The notes under the pieces: generated by a model
Seen by the model: only the letters and a program-made list of their open reading frames with translations
Told to the model about the DNA's origin: nothing
Database searches by the model: none
From: Sulfurospirillaceae bacterium
GTDB taxonomy: Bacteria > Campylobacterota > Campylobacteria > Campylobacterales > Sulfurospirillaceae
Direction: 5' to 3'
DNA: 64,000 nucleotides
NCBI GenBank assembly: GCA_033723415.1
Contig: JAWVXD010000003.1
Location: forward strand, 306,178 to 370,177
Translations under genes and position numbers: made by a program
In this document: piece by piece, positions 10,438-21,480 of the stretch
Layout of the letters: every line of letters begins with the position of its first letter
How positions within the stretch are numbered: the stretch's first letter is position 1

Positions 10438-11886
10438 CTAGAATTTTTTCCAAAATGATTTACTTAGCAGAATAAAGACAGTGTAACATTCTAATCTTCC
10501 TATTATCATAGCAAAGGAGAGTATGATTTTGTCATACCATGAAAAAAAAGCGTAATTATTTACAGGTCCGGTTAGAGAAAAACCAGGTCCTGTATTGCCG
10601 ACAATCGTCATAGCTGTACTTATAGAGGTCATCTCATCATATCCTCTGGCATAAAGATACAACATGACAAAGAAAATAGTAAGAATAAAAAGTGAGAAAA
10701 ATCCAAATATAGAACTAATGACAGAATTCTTTATCGGCTTATCATCTATGAAAATAGAAGCTATAGATTCAGGCTTTAGAGATCTTCTTATCTCTATGGA
10801 TATATTTTTAAAGTAGATTATATATCTGATGATTTTGGCTCCACCTGCAGTTGAGCCTGCATTCGCGCCTGTTATCATTGCTATCAGGATCAACGCTATG
10901 GAAAAGTGACTCCATGTCGAATAATCAGTAGAAACGAAACCTGTGCTTGTCATGATAGAAGATATAGTAAAAGCAGAATGTTTAAAAACATCATAAAGAT
11001 CCATGCTGTTTGAGTTATAGTGTGAAAATGTCAGCAAGAGTGACAATATAGCAAGTATACCAATATACCATTTTACCTCTTCAGAGTTGTAACTCTTATA
11101 ATCACCACCTATGAATTTGATGTGTGCCAGAAAATTTATACCTGATATGATCATGAAAAATATGGTCGTCCATATAATGCCGTCATTATTTGAAAAAAAT
11201 GCAAATGATGAATTTTTGGTAGAAAATCCTCCTGTTGAAACAGTTGCAAAGGCATGATTTACAGCATCGAACCAATTCATCCCAAAAAATTTTAAACATA
11301 GTATATTTGATATTGTGATTAAAAAATAAACGCCCCAGAGTTTATTTGCCGTATGTTTTATCTTTGGAGTTATCTTATCTATAGAAATACCTGTAGATTC
11401 TGCTCTAAAAAGACTGAGAGAACCGCTTGGATTGATAAGAGGGAAAAGACCGACACCTAATACTATGATCCCCATACCGCCGATCCAGTGCATAAGGCTC
11501 CTATGAAATAGTATACTTTTAGGAAGAGATTCTATATTTCCATACACAGTTGCACCTGTTGTTGTAAAACCGCTTATGGCTTCAAAAAAGCCACTTGAAA
11601 AATCAATACCGGTTTGCAACACCAAAGGGAGTGCACCTCCTATGCCTAGTAAAATCCAGATGAGATTTACAGAGATAATACTTTCTTTTATACTTAGTGA
11701 AAAGTTATGTTTTCTAAGTGAGATAAAAACCAAAAAATTTATAATAAGGAGAGAGAAGATAGCTATAAAATGAAGTTTAATGTTTTCGTGATAAAATAAT
11801 CCAATAATAATAGGTAATAAAAAAGCTAAAAAAATAATTATACCGACTGCAGAAACAAATTTTGATATGCTTTTAATGCTCATCAT
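10438..11886 (-). CDS. trkH: TrkH family potassium uptake membrane protein
   Basis: Pore motifs SGFTTTGAT, TVSTGGFS, TSTGF, GNTGPG and GSTAGGAK; ATGA overlap with trkA. Confidence 0.93.
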   Translation of the reverse strand: MMSIKSISKFVSAVGIIIFLAFLLPIIIGLFYHENIKLHFIAIFSLLIINFLVFISLRKHNFSLSIKESIISVNLIWILLGIGGALPLVLQTGIDFSSGFFEAISGFTTTGATVYGNIESLPKSILFHRSLMHWIGGMGIIVLGVGLFPLINPSGSLSLFRAESTGISIDKITPKIKHTANKLWGVYFLITISNILCLKFFGMNWFDAVNHAFATVSTGGFSTKNSSFAFFSNNDGIIWTTIFFMIISGINFLAHIKFIGGDYKSYNSEEVKWYIGILAILSLLLTFSHYNSNSMDLYDVFKHSAFTISSIMTSTGFVSTDYSTWSHFSIALILIAMITGANAGSTAGGAKIIRYIIYFKNISIEIRRSLKPESIASIFIDDKPIKNSVISSIFGFFSLFILTIFFVMLYLYARGYDEMTSISTAMTIVGNTGPGFSLTGPVNNYAFFSWYDKIILSFAMIIGRLECYTVFILLSKSFWKKF

Positions 11887-13220
11887 AAATTGAAATGTAA
11901 CCACTTTGAGATTTGTTCAGCATTTTCGCTCTTGCTAAAAGAGATAATGATATCGTTTTTCTTGAATATGTCTATCTTGCCATAAGGAAAGATCTGCTGT
12001 TCTCGTTGTATGAAGAACATTCCTTTGCTTTGTAGTTTTGACGGGAGTGGAATAAATTTATCAACGAGACCTGAGGAGCTAAATACTTTTCTGAACATGA
12101 TCAAGCCTTCTCCTCCGCAATATTGTCTTTTTATAACGATATTTGAAGATTCGATTTTCTCTAAAATCGAATAATAAGCATTTATCTTTTCTCCTCTGAC
12201 AACTTCTAAATTTAGATTTCTCATAAGTTTTGAGTATGCAATATCGTTATTTATAGCTACTACTTTTTTGATATTATTGTCTTTTGCTTCCATACATTTT
12301 GCTATATTATATTCATCATTTGGTGAAGCCACAATAAACATATCCGGCATGACACCATCTTTTCCTATTGAGTGATCTAATCCATATGTACTTTTGATAA
12401 CCGTTACTTTATTTTTTAGGATAAGATTTGCTTTTTCGCATTTTTTTAGATCTTTATCCAATATTTGTATATTGATATCTTTTTTTAGTAGCACTTTTGC
12501 GATCTCTATGCCCAAGTTATCAGCCCCAAATATAAGACAATTTCTGATTTCGTTAGTCTCCTCTGCACAGAAAGTTCCAAATTTTAACTCTTTTATGGCT
12601 GATGGATAAGCATAAAAATAGACCAAATCATTAGCTTCTAAAATATCAATATCTTCTGGAACGCTAAATGTACCGTTTCTTTCAATTCCTGCAACTACCA
12701 ATTTGTTATTCATATCGTTTATAAGAGATTTGATGACCATAGTCTGGAAATCTTCCGGGATTCTCAGAGAGATTAGCAGTGCTTTTGTATATTCAAAAGA
12801 TTTTACATTTCTTGCGTGCGGAAAGTCTATGAGATATTTAAAAGGCTGTGCTGCTTCAAAAGAGGGTATAACACAATCGCTGATACCAAGTCTTTCTTTT
12901 ATTAGAGGATCATCAAAGAAACCATTTTTTAATCTTATGATCTTTTTGCCGACTTTAGCTATTTTGTCTATGATAAGAGCTGCTATTAGATTTACTTCAT
13001 CTGAGTCAGTGACTGCTATAAAAAGATCTACATCTGAGTGAACCGACTCATAAGTGTATTGATTTTCCGTATCGCCGCATATGGCTAGTACATCTAGATT
13101 TTCTTGTATTTGTTTGATTGCATCTGCATTTTTATCTATTACCATAACGTCATTGTTAACCATCAAATGTTTAGCTATGAGATAGCCAACTTTTCCGGCT
13201 CCGGCAATTATTACGTTCAT
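11883..13220 (-). CDS. trkA: TrkA potassium uptake NAD-binding subunit
   Basis: IIAGAGKVG, FIAVTDSDEVNL, two RCK repeats; upstream of trkH. Confidence 0.88.
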   Translation of the reverse strand: MNVIIAGAGKVGYLIAKHLMVNNDVMVIDKNADAIKQIQENLDVLAICGDTENQYTYESVHSDVDLFIAVTDSDEVNLIAALIIDKIAKVGKKIIRLKNGFFDDPLIKERLGISDCVIPSFEAAQPFKYLIDFPHARNVKSFEYTKALLISLRIPEDFQTMVIKSLINDMNNKLVVAGIERNGTFSVPEDIDILEANDLVYFYAYPSAIKELKFGTFCAEETNEIRNCLIFGADNLGIEIAKVLLKKDINIQILDKDLKKCEKANLILKNKVTVIKSTYGLDHSIGKDGVMPDMFIVASPNDEYNIAKCMEAKDNNIKKVVAINNDIAYSKLMRNLNLEVVRGEKINAYYSILEKIESSNIVIKRQYCGGEGLIMFRKVFSSSGLVDKFIPLPSKLQSKGMFFIQREQQIFPYGKIDIFKKNDIIISFSKSENAEQISKWLHFNL

Positions 13221-13321
13221 TAAAATTGTCCTTGAAATATAAAAATAAATCTAAAATAGAATAAATATTATATCACAGAAGCTTATTGGTTACTCTTAAA
13301 TTGATTGTGGAGAAAAAAGGA

Positions 13322-13398
13322 TGGTGGGTTCTGAGTGACTCGAACACTCGACCGCCCGGTTATGAGCCGGGAGCTCTAACCAACTGAGCTAAGAACCC
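13322..13398 (-). tRNA. tRNA with CAT anticodon (probably tRNA-Ile2; elongator Met not excluded)
   Basis: Reverse complement GGGTTCTTAGCTCAGTTGGTTAGAGCTCCCGGCTCATAACCGGGCGGTCGAGTGTTCGAGTCACTCAGAACCCACCA folds as a cloverleaf with encoded CCA; G1-C72 pair argues against initiator. Confidence 0.95.
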
Positions 13399-13483
13399 AT
13401 CATTTTTAAGAGTGACATTCTACAGTGTTATAAATTAAAATCAGATTAAAAATGATGTTATGCAAACATACTTTTTTAAAATT

Positions 13484-14584
13484 TTAGTACTTGACCATTT
13501 TATGTGTCGGATCAAATCTAAAAGCAATGGTATTTTCTAAAATTCCAAAAAATACCATAAATGTTATAAAACTGCTGCCACCGTAGCTAAAAAAGGGCAA
13601 AGGCACTCCAACAACAGGAGCTAGTCCTATGGTCATGGCGATATTTACACTAGTGTAGACAAACATGAGCAGACCTATGCCCGTCGTTATGACTTGTGCA
13701 AAATAATCGTTTTTTAATTTAAAATTTAAAGTGATCAAGTGAATTACCAAAAAAGCATATAAAAAGATAAGGCAGCATGCTCCCCAAAATCCAAATCTCT
13801 CTACAAAATAAGCAAATATAAAATCACTTGTGGCGATCGGTAAAAATTTATAATGTGTCTGTGTCGCTTCTTCTTTCGGTTTTCCATAAAGCCCGCCTGA
13901 TCCTATAGCAATGATCGACTGTTTTACATGGTAACTTGGTTTTTCACTTATAAAATCAACAATTCGTTGTTTCTGATAATCATGTAGTGAGTGATATAAA
14001 AATGGGGTACTTACACTTATGAGGATAGCCAGAGTAATCCATATTTTTTTGTTTACTCCAACTATGAATAATGTGCCATATCCTACCAAAAGTAGAACTA
14101 AAGCAGTTCCAAGATCAGGTTCTTTTGCTATAAGTAAAAATGGAAGCAAAATATAAAAACTGAGTTTGAAAAAGTTTTTCCAGTTATATCCGTCTTTATC
14201 AGGTGGATTTTGTTTTATAAGATATGCCAACATCAATATAAACATAGGTTTAAAGATCTCTGAGGGTTGCAGGGTAAAATGTATAAATGGTATATCAAGC
14301 CATCTTTTAGCGCCAAGCTTCGATACGCCAAAGAAATCTACACTAGCCAATAATATTATAGTTAGCCAATAAAAAAATGGGATAAGCCATTCAAACTTTT
14401 TGATTGGAATCAGGAAAAAAAATATAAATGAAATCATACCTATGCTAAAATATACAAGTTGCTTATCTGCCAGAGTCAAACTGATTTCTGAGATCAGATA
14501 ATATGAAGTTATAATGATAGGCAGAACCAGTATAGGTAATAATATGTCAAAATGGGTAAGTATTCTTCTGTCTATTTGTAGCAA
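13484..14584 (-). CDS. rodA: Rod shape-determining protein RodA (SEDS family)
   Basis: GAKRWL, LQPSEIFK, EPDLGTA, AIGSGG, TSDFIFA, PFFSYGGSS. Confidence 0.92.
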   Translation of the reverse strand: MLQIDRRILTHFDILLPILVLPIIITSYYLISEISLTLADKQLVYFSIGMISFIFFFLIPIKKFEWLIPFFYWLTIILLASVDFFGVSKLGAKRWLDIPFIHFTLQPSEIFKPMFILMLAYLIKQNPPDKDGYNWKNFFKLSFYILLPFLLIAKEPDLGTALVLLLVGYGTLFIVGVNKKIWITLAILISVSTPFLYHSLHDYQKQRIVDFISEKPSYHVKQSIIAIGSGGLYGKPKEEATQTHYKFLPIATSDFIFAYFVERFGFWGACCLIFLYAFLVIHLITLNFKLKNDYFAQVITTGIGLLMFVYTSVNIAMTIGLAPVVGVPLPFFSYGGSSFITFMVFFGILENTIAFRFDPTHKMVKY

Positions 14585-14639
14585 ATTTCACCTTGGTAAT
14601 TGAGATAGTAATTTAATTATATCAAAAAAAAGAGAAAAA

Positions 14640-15599
14640 ATGACCTTTACATGTAAAGAACGTGCCAGAATAGATATTGTCCTAAGTACGCAGCTCAATA
14701 TATCTCGATCACAAATAGAAAAATTTATAAAAAATGTAGGAATAAGTGTTAATTCAAAAAAGATATTCAAACCAGGTCTTAAAGTAGAGATCGGTGATGT
14801 GATCGATTATGAATTCCAAGATATGGAAATGAAAGAAAGTGAATATGAAGTGGATTTTGATGTTCAGATCCTATATGAAGATGAGGATATGCTTATCATC
14901 AATAAACCACCTCTCTTAACCGTTCACGGTGCTCCCAGTGTCAAAGAGGCAACGCTTGTTGATTGGTTAAAGAAAAAAGGTTTTTCTCTCTCAACAATAA
15001 GCGGTGAGGAGAGGCATGGGATAGTGCACAGGATAGATAAAGAAACCAGCGGAGCCTTGGTAGTTGCCAAAAACAATGAAGCTCATGTTGCCTTGTCCAG
15101 ACAGTTGGAAGACAAGAGTATGGGGAGATACTATTTGGCTATTATAGACCTGCCTTTAAAAGAGAACATCGAAGTTGAAAAACCGATAGCCAGGAATCCA
15201 AAAAACAGACTAAAGATGGCTATCATAGAAAATGGAAAATTTGCTAAAAGTTATTTTACAAAGATAATGCTCTCAAATGATGAAAAATTTGAACTTATAG
15301 CGGTTAAACTTCATACGGGAAGGACTCATCAAATAAGAATTCATTTAAATTCTCTTTCTCGCCATATTTTAGGCGATAGTTTATATGGTTTTAAGAGCCA
15401 GAATGCTAAAATAAATAGAGTCATGTTACATGCTTATATATTGTATTTAATACATCCAAGAAGTGGCAAAAAAATGCAAATATATGCACCACTTTTTGAT
15501 GATTTTAAATATGTTCTATATAAATATTTCGATAAGGATAAAATAGATGAAAATATTAAGACTGATAATATTATCAATAGTTTCAATCATAGTTTTTAG
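14640..15599 (+). CDS. rluD: RluA/RluD family pseudouridine synthase
   Basis: S4 domain, GIVHRIDKETSG, LHTGRTHQIRIH, ILGDSLYG. Confidence 0.9.
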   Translation: MTFTCKERARIDIVLSTQLNISRSQIEKFIKNVGISVNSKKIFKPGLKVEIGDVIDYEFQDMEMKESEYEVDFDVQILYEDEDMLIINKPPLLTVHGAPSVKEATLVDWLKKKGFSLSTISGEERHGIVHRIDKETSGALVVAKNNEAHVALSRQLEDKSMGRYYLAIIDLPLKENIEVEKPIARNPKNRLKMAIIENGKFAKSYFTKIMLSNDEKFELIAVKLHTGRTHQIRIHLNSLSRHILGDSLYGFKSQNAKINRVMLHAYILYLIHPRSGKKMQIYAPLFDDFKYVLYKYFDKDKIDENIKTDNIINSFNHSF

Positions 15600-16785
15600 T
15601 GGCTGCCAAACTTCGCCTTCAACCCCAAAAAAACCTAGGATAGATTCATCTCTCCCTACTGTTACAAACATAAAGTTTTTATCTGATATAACAGAAGTTG
15701 GTTTTGAGTGGAAACCAAATTATGATGAAAGAGTAGAGGGTTATTATGTATATAGGTCTGATCCAAAAGTAGTTAACGGAAAGCTGAAGAGAATTGCTAC
15801 TATAAAAGATAGATATAGCACACATTTTGTAGATACAAAATTACTTCCTCAAACTAGATATTATTATAGATTTTCAACTTATTCAAAAGAAGGAAGAGAA
15901 TCAGTACCTAGTGATATGATCACTGTGGATACTAAAAAAATGATACCATCCGTTGCTTTTCTAAAAGCAATCGTCGGTCTTCCAAACCGTGTAAAGATCA
16001 TATGGAGACCTCAAGAATATCCAAGAGTTTCTTCATATATCATAGAGCGAAATGATCTAAGCAGTACAAAATGGAAAAAAATTGCAGAAGTAAATGGGAG
16101 ATTAAGTGCTGAGTACATTGACGCAGGTTTGAAAGATAATTATTTGTATAGATATAGAATAAAGGTCAAAACTTTTGATGGATTGGTATCAAACCCTAGC
16201 GATATCGTAGAAGCACATACTAAACCACTTCCTCCTACAATAAATAATCTGAGAACCACCAATGATCAACCTAAAAAAATAGTTTTGAGTTGGGATGCGT
16301 CAAAGATACCTGATTTGTCTTATTATAAAATTTATAGGGCTATAAACCCTATACTGTTTTACAGCTACTATGCAAAAACTAAAGACACAAAATTTGAAGA
16401 TTTAGTTAATGAAAACGGGAAAACATACTACTATAAAGTTACAGCTGTTGATAAAGATGGTCTAGAGTCATTAAAACAAGACTCATCAGTTGCCGGAACT
16501 ACTTTAGGTAAGCCAGAAGAAGTTTCTATAACTTCTGCCAACCAAGATGGTAAAAGTATTATGCTAACTTGGTCAAGCAGTGATAATAGGGCAGTCTCTT
16601 ATAATATTATAAAAGAGTATAATTCAAAAAAAGAAAAATTGACAGGTATAACATCTTTTAGTTATCAAGACAAGGATGTATTGCCTGGTGTTGATTACAA
16701 ATACAGTGTTGTTGCTTTGGATAAATACGGTTTAGAATCAAATCCTTCTGAACCAATCGTAGTAACTATACCAAAAGCTCAATAA
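15547..16785 (+). CDS. Fibronectin type III domain lipoprotein (FlpA-like)
   Basis: Lipobox VFSGC; repeated FN3 units (YYYKVTAVDKDGLES, YKYSVVALDKYGLES); position between rluD and trmB. Confidence 0.85.
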   Translation: MKILRLIILSIVSIIVFSGCQTSPSTPKKPRIDSSLPTVTNIKFLSDITEVGFEWKPNYDERVEGYYVYRSDPKVVNGKLKRIATIKDRYSTHFVDTKLLPQTRYYYRFSTYSKEGRESVPSDMITVDTKKMIPSVAFLKAIVGLPNRVKIIWRPQEYPRVSSYIIERNDLSSTKWKKIAEVNGRLSAEYIDAGLKDNYLYRYRIKVKTFDGLVSNPSDIVEAHTKPLPPTINNLRTTNDQPKKIVLSWDASKIPDLSYYKIYRAINPILFYSYYAKTKDTKFEDLVNENGKTYYYKVTAVDKDGLESLKQDSSVAGTTLGKPEEVSITSANQDGKSIMLTWSSSDNRAVSYNIIKEYNSKKEKLTGITSFSYQDKDVLPGVDYKYSVVALDKYGLESNPSEPIVVTIPKAQ

Positions 16786-16790
16786 AACAT

Positions 16791-17963
16791 ATGCCTAACA
16801 TAAAAACCAAAAATCTTACTATGCCAAATTTTCCGGCAGTTTTTGGCGATAGCGAGTTTAGATCTGTCGCAAAATCAAATACTGAACTTTTGGTGAAAGT
16901 ATTGTATAAAAATTATGAATTTTTTCTCCAAATCAGGGAAAAAAACGGGACATATCTTATAAAGGGAGAAAAGATTTCTAGACCTTCTCAAGTTATATAC
17001 TTACACCAAGCACTTAGAGATTTTAGAGATTTATGTGGATGTGAAGTTGTATTTTCAAATATAGAACCGCAAAAGCTGAAAACACAAAAAAAATACAAAG
17101 CACTTAAAAATATAGAATTTTTTTTAGAAGATTTTAAGTATGATCATGAGATATGGGTAGAAGTCGGATTTGGAAGTGGAAGACATCTTTTACATCAAGC
17201 AAAATTGCACCCTGAGATACAGTTTATCGGTCTTGAAATATACAAACCGTCTTTAGAACAGGTGGCAAAACAGTGTGAGTTGCAAGGGATAGAAAATATA
17301 TATATATTGGATTTTGATGCAAGGATTTTTCTTGAGTTTTTAAATTCTAACAGTGTAGGTAGAATATTTGTACATTTCCCTGTACCATGGGATGAAAAAC
17401 CTCACAGAAGGGTGATATCAAAAGATTTTATAAATGAATCTTTGAGAGTTCTAAAAAAAGATGGAACGCTTGAACTAAGGACCGATAGTGATAAATATTT
17501 TAATTATTCTCTTGGAGAGTTCTTACAATTATATAAATCAGAATTTACTGTGAAAAAAAATCAAGATTTAGCTATCAGCAGTAAATATGAAGACAGGTGG
17601 AAAAAGCAACAAAAGGATATATACGATATATTGTTGGTAAATAGTGAAGTTAGTGAAAAGAAGCAAAATATAGGTAAGATAGTTTTTGATGATACGTATA
17701 ACTTTGAAAATATAAAAAATAATTTTTCCAAGATATTAAAAAAAGGCGATGACTTTTTTTTACATTCAGAGGAAATTTATGAGATCGGTGATAACGAGGG
17801 TATAATTAAAATCTCTTTTGGTTCAAGTTCCAAAAATGAAAGAGCCTTTGTACACATTACAAAAAATTTGACAAAGTACTTTCCTGACAATATTTTAGCT
17901 ACGCAATCAAATCAAAAAGCTCATATAACTTTGGAAGAATGGTTAAATGAAATCGATAAATAA
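16791..17963 (+). CDS. trmB: tRNA (guanine-N7)-methyltransferase
   Basis: VEVGFGSG, FVHFPVPW, HRRVI, LELRTD, SKYEDRW. Confidence 0.92.
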   Translation: MPNIKTKNLTMPNFPAVFGDSEFRSVAKSNTELLVKVLYKNYEFFLQIREKNGTYLIKGEKISRPSQVIYLHQALRDFRDLCGCEVVFSNIEPQKLKTQKKYKALKNIEFFLEDFKYDHEIWVEVGFGSGRHLLHQAKLHPEIQFIGLEIYKPSLEQVAKQCELQGIENIYILDFDARIFLEFLNSNSVGRIFVHFPVPWDEKPHRRVISKDFINESLRVLKKDGTLELRTDSDKYFNYSLGEFLQLYKSEFTVKKNQDLAISSKYEDRWKKQQKDIYDILLVNSEVSEKKQNIGKIVFDDTYNFENIKNNFSKILKKGDDFFLHSEEIYEIGDNEGIIKISFGSSSKNERAFVHITKNLTKYFPDNILATQSNQKAHITLEEWLNEIDK

Positions 17964-17996
17964 TCGTATTTTTCAAAAATCAAAAAGGAGATCAAT

Positions 17997-18668
17997 ATGA
18001 AGCATGTGGTCGATACTCATAATTTATCTTTGAGTTATGATAGAGACGAACCTGTGATAGTTGATGCATCTTTGAGGATAAATTCACATGAATTTGTTTT
18101 TATAACAGGAAAAAGTGGAAGCGGAAAATCTACTTTGATCAAATCTTTTTATGGAGAATTGCCTATAAAAAAAGGTGATTTAAACATATGCGGCGTTGAT
18201 ATGCAAAGGATAGGCAACAGCAAGTTAAATTTATTGAGAAGATATCTAGGTATAGTTTTTCAAGATTATAAACTGATAAATTCGTGGACAATAGAAAAAA
18301 ATATAATGTTGCCGCTGATGATAGGCGGATTTTCAAAAACTGTTTGTGAAGCACAAGCGGTCAAGCTTTTAAGACATGTAAGATTGACGCATAAAATAGG
18401 AAAATACCCGTTGGAACTTAGCGGTGGAGAGCAACAACGGGTTGCTATTGCAAGGGCACTGGCTCACAATCCTGTGCTAATATTGGCAGATGAACCTACA
18501 GGCAATTTAGACGATTACTCAAGTGAAGTTATTTGGGGATTGTTGAAAAATGCAAGAGAACATCTCGGTACTACGGTAGTTGTCGTGACACATCATATAC
18601 CATCTACCATCGGTATAGATTACAAACATCTTTTCTTAGATAAAGGCACACTACATGAAGTCCCTTAA
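17997..18668 (+). CDS. ftsE: Cell division ATP-binding protein FtsE
   Basis: GKSGSGKST, GIVFQDYKLI, LSGGEQQRVAIARA, ADEPTGNLD. Confidence 0.9.
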   Translation: MKHVVDTHNLSLSYDRDEPVIVDASLRINSHEFVFITGKSGSGKSTLIKSFYGELPIKKGDLNICGVDMQRIGNSKLNLLRRYLGIVFQDYKLINSWTIEKNIMLPLMIGGFSKTVCEAQAVKLLRHVRLTHKIGKYPLELSGGEQQRVAIARALAHNPVLILADEPTGNLDDYSSEVIWGLLKNAREHLGTTVVVVTHHIPSTIGIDYKHLFLDKGTLHEVP

Positions 18669-19464
18669 AAACCATATATCTGTTATTTTGTCTTTATTTG
18701 TGTTACTACTAAGTGTAGAATCTAGTATAATCATACACAAAGTAATTAATAATCAACATGAGAAATTGATCACAAGCTACTCTATAGTTGTTGTTTCAAA
18801 TAAAGAGCTGAGTGTAGTTGATTTAAAAGACAAAGCAAAAGAGATAGATTCTATTGAGCCTATCAGCTCACAAAAAATACTAGATAAATTGAAAAATGAC
18901 ATGTCTTCTGATAATTTAGCTTTGTTAGAAGTAGCACTGCCTCATTTTTATTCCGTAAAGCTAAACATCCTTCCTAGCAAAGAAAGGCTTGAACAGATAA
19001 AAAGTACTTTGTTGTCTTTGAAACCGATATCTAGAGTTGAAATTTTTTCAAAAACATATGAAAATATATTTCAGATTTTTCAAATTTTGCAGATCATAAC
19101 TTATGTATTTTCAGCCATCATAGTTGTAATATCTCTATTATTATTGTTTAAACAGATAAGAATATGGATACTTGAACACGAAGAAAAAATACAGATAATG
19201 GGTTATTTTGGGGCTACTTTTTGGATGAAAAGTGCTTTTTTATATAAATTAGTTTTTATAGATTCGTTGATAAGTTCCACTCTTGTAGTTTTGTTGTTCG
19301 CAATATTGCAAAATAATTCATTTATATTGTCTCAGCTAAGTTCTTTGGGTGTAAACTTACCGGATTTGCCTATCCTCAATGACGGTGTAACCCTTTTTGC
19401 AATCTCTCTGACATTTTCTTTGTTTATTGTAACTTTTGTTTCCAAAAAGATGAGCGACAGTTAA
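18655..19464 (+). CDS. ftsX: Cell division permease FtsX
   Basis: Four-TM layout with a periplasmic loop; follows ftsE. Confidence 0.8.
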   Translation: MKSLKNHISVILSLFVLLLSVESSIIIHKVINNQHEKLITSYSIVVVSNKELSVVDLKDKAKEIDSIEPISSQKILDKLKNDMSSDNLALLEVALPHFYSVKLNILPSKERLEQIKSTLLSLKPISRVEIFSKTYENIFQIFQILQIITYVFSAIIVVISLLLLFKQIRIWILEHEEKIQIMGYFGATFWMKSAFLYKLVFIDSLISSTLVVLLFAILQNNSFILSQLSSLGVNLPDLPILNDGVTLFAISLTFSLFIVTFVSKKMSDS

Positions 19465-19466
19465 TC

Positions 19467-20672
19467 ATGAAGATATTTCTTGCCTTAGTTATTTTACTGT
19501 ACTCCTTCTCTCAGTTAGAAGCAAATACGGATAAAGAAATAAAAAACCAAGCGCAATATCTATCAAATAAAAAAAGATTAGAAAAGAAAATCGGTAGAAA
19601 ATTTAAAGATTTGGCTAGTCAGATCATTAGTCAGATGTCAGATTTAGATAAGTTAAAAAACAAGATATCAAATCTGGATAAAAATATAGCCAGTAACGAA
19701 AAAGATATACAGATTAAAAGCAAAACATTAAATGATCTTCAAGATTCAAACCAAAAACTCATACAAGAAAAAAAGGATTTGGAATCAAAGATCATTAATA
19801 TAATTGCCAAAGATTTTTCATATTATTTGATTAGCGATAAAAACTATATTGAAACAAAAGATTCAATAGTGATTGATGAAGTTATAAAGAAAATGAATGT
19901 AATAGTTAAAAAAGAGTTTGCTGCCTTGTCAAAGCAATATGCCCAAATCAATAAAAACATTGATGCTCATCAAGGTCAGATAAAAACGTTAAAATCTTAT
20001 ATAGCAGATTCTAAAGCAAAGAAAAAAGAACTTGTACAGCTAATCAAAAAAAGAGAATTGGCTATAAAGATGTTGGCAAGGGAAAAAGACAGATATAAAA
20101 AACGATTGGCAAGATTGGATGATGAAAAGAAGTCTATAAGAGCAACTTTGGAAAAATTAAAGATATTGAAAAGATCTGAGGAAGAAAGAGCAAGGATCCA
20201 AAGAAAACACTATAATCAACCTGCAAAATTAAATGTAAGACAGATAGGTTCTTCATATCAGTCTGCAAATGTTAGAAAATATAGAGGTAGAAAGACTATA
20301 GCTCCATTGGACAGTTTTTTTGTAAAACGAAAATTTGGCAACTATATTGATCCAATATATAATATAAAAATATTCAATGAGTCAGTTGTGTTGGAATCAA
20401 AGATAGGCAATGCAAAAGTAAAAAATGTTTTGAACGGAAAAGTTGTTTTTGCAAGAGACACGGCTGTCTTAGATAAAGTTGTGATTGTTGAGAATAGTAA
20501 TGGAATTCATACGATATACGCGCATCTAAGCCAGATTGCACCAACGATAAGAGTAGGTAAAAAAATTTTAAAAGGCTACATAATAGGCAGAGTTAAAGAT
20601 GATTTGACTTTTGAGGTTACACAAAAAAATTACCATATAGATCCACTAGATTTGATTGCTTTGAGTAATTAA
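19467..20672 (+). CDS. envC: Murein hydrolase activator EnvC family
   Basis: Signal peptide, long coiled coil, degenerate M23 domain (HTIYAHLSQI); follows ftsEX. Confidence 0.8.
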   Translation: MKIFLALVILLYSFSQLEANTDKEIKNQAQYLSNKKRLEKKIGRKFKDLASQIISQMSDLDKLKNKISNLDKNIASNEKDIQIKSKTLNDLQDSNQKLIQEKKDLESKIINIIAKDFSYYLISDKNYIETKDSIVIDEVIKKMNVIVKKEFAALSKQYAQINKNIDAHQGQIKTLKSYIADSKAKKKELVQLIKKRELAIKMLAREKDRYKKRLARLDDEKKSIRATLEKLKILKRSEEERARIQRKHYNQPAKLNVRQIGSSYQSANVRKYRGRKTIAPLDSFFVKRKFGNYIDPIYNIKIFNESVVLESKIGNAKVKNVLNGKVVFARDTAVLDKVVIVENSNGIHTIYAHLSQIAPTIRVGKKILKGYIIGRVKDDLTFEVTQKNYHIDPLDLIALSN

Positions 20673-20728
20673 ATTAGTTTTTTAGCTATATTTGGGTAAA
20701 TTATTATATTAAAAAAGGGTAGGGATAA

Positions 20729-21460
<732 letters not shown>

Positions 21461-21480
21461 GAGGCAATTAAAAAACTTCT

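Noticed and set aside
13221..13483. Integration site at the tRNA gene
   Set aside because: No duplicated tRNA 3' end was noticed and the flanking genes are housekeeping
16791..17963. Unusually long TrmB (390 aa) as a novel fusion
   Set aside because: Long TrmB with terminal extensions is the usual form in Campylobacterota
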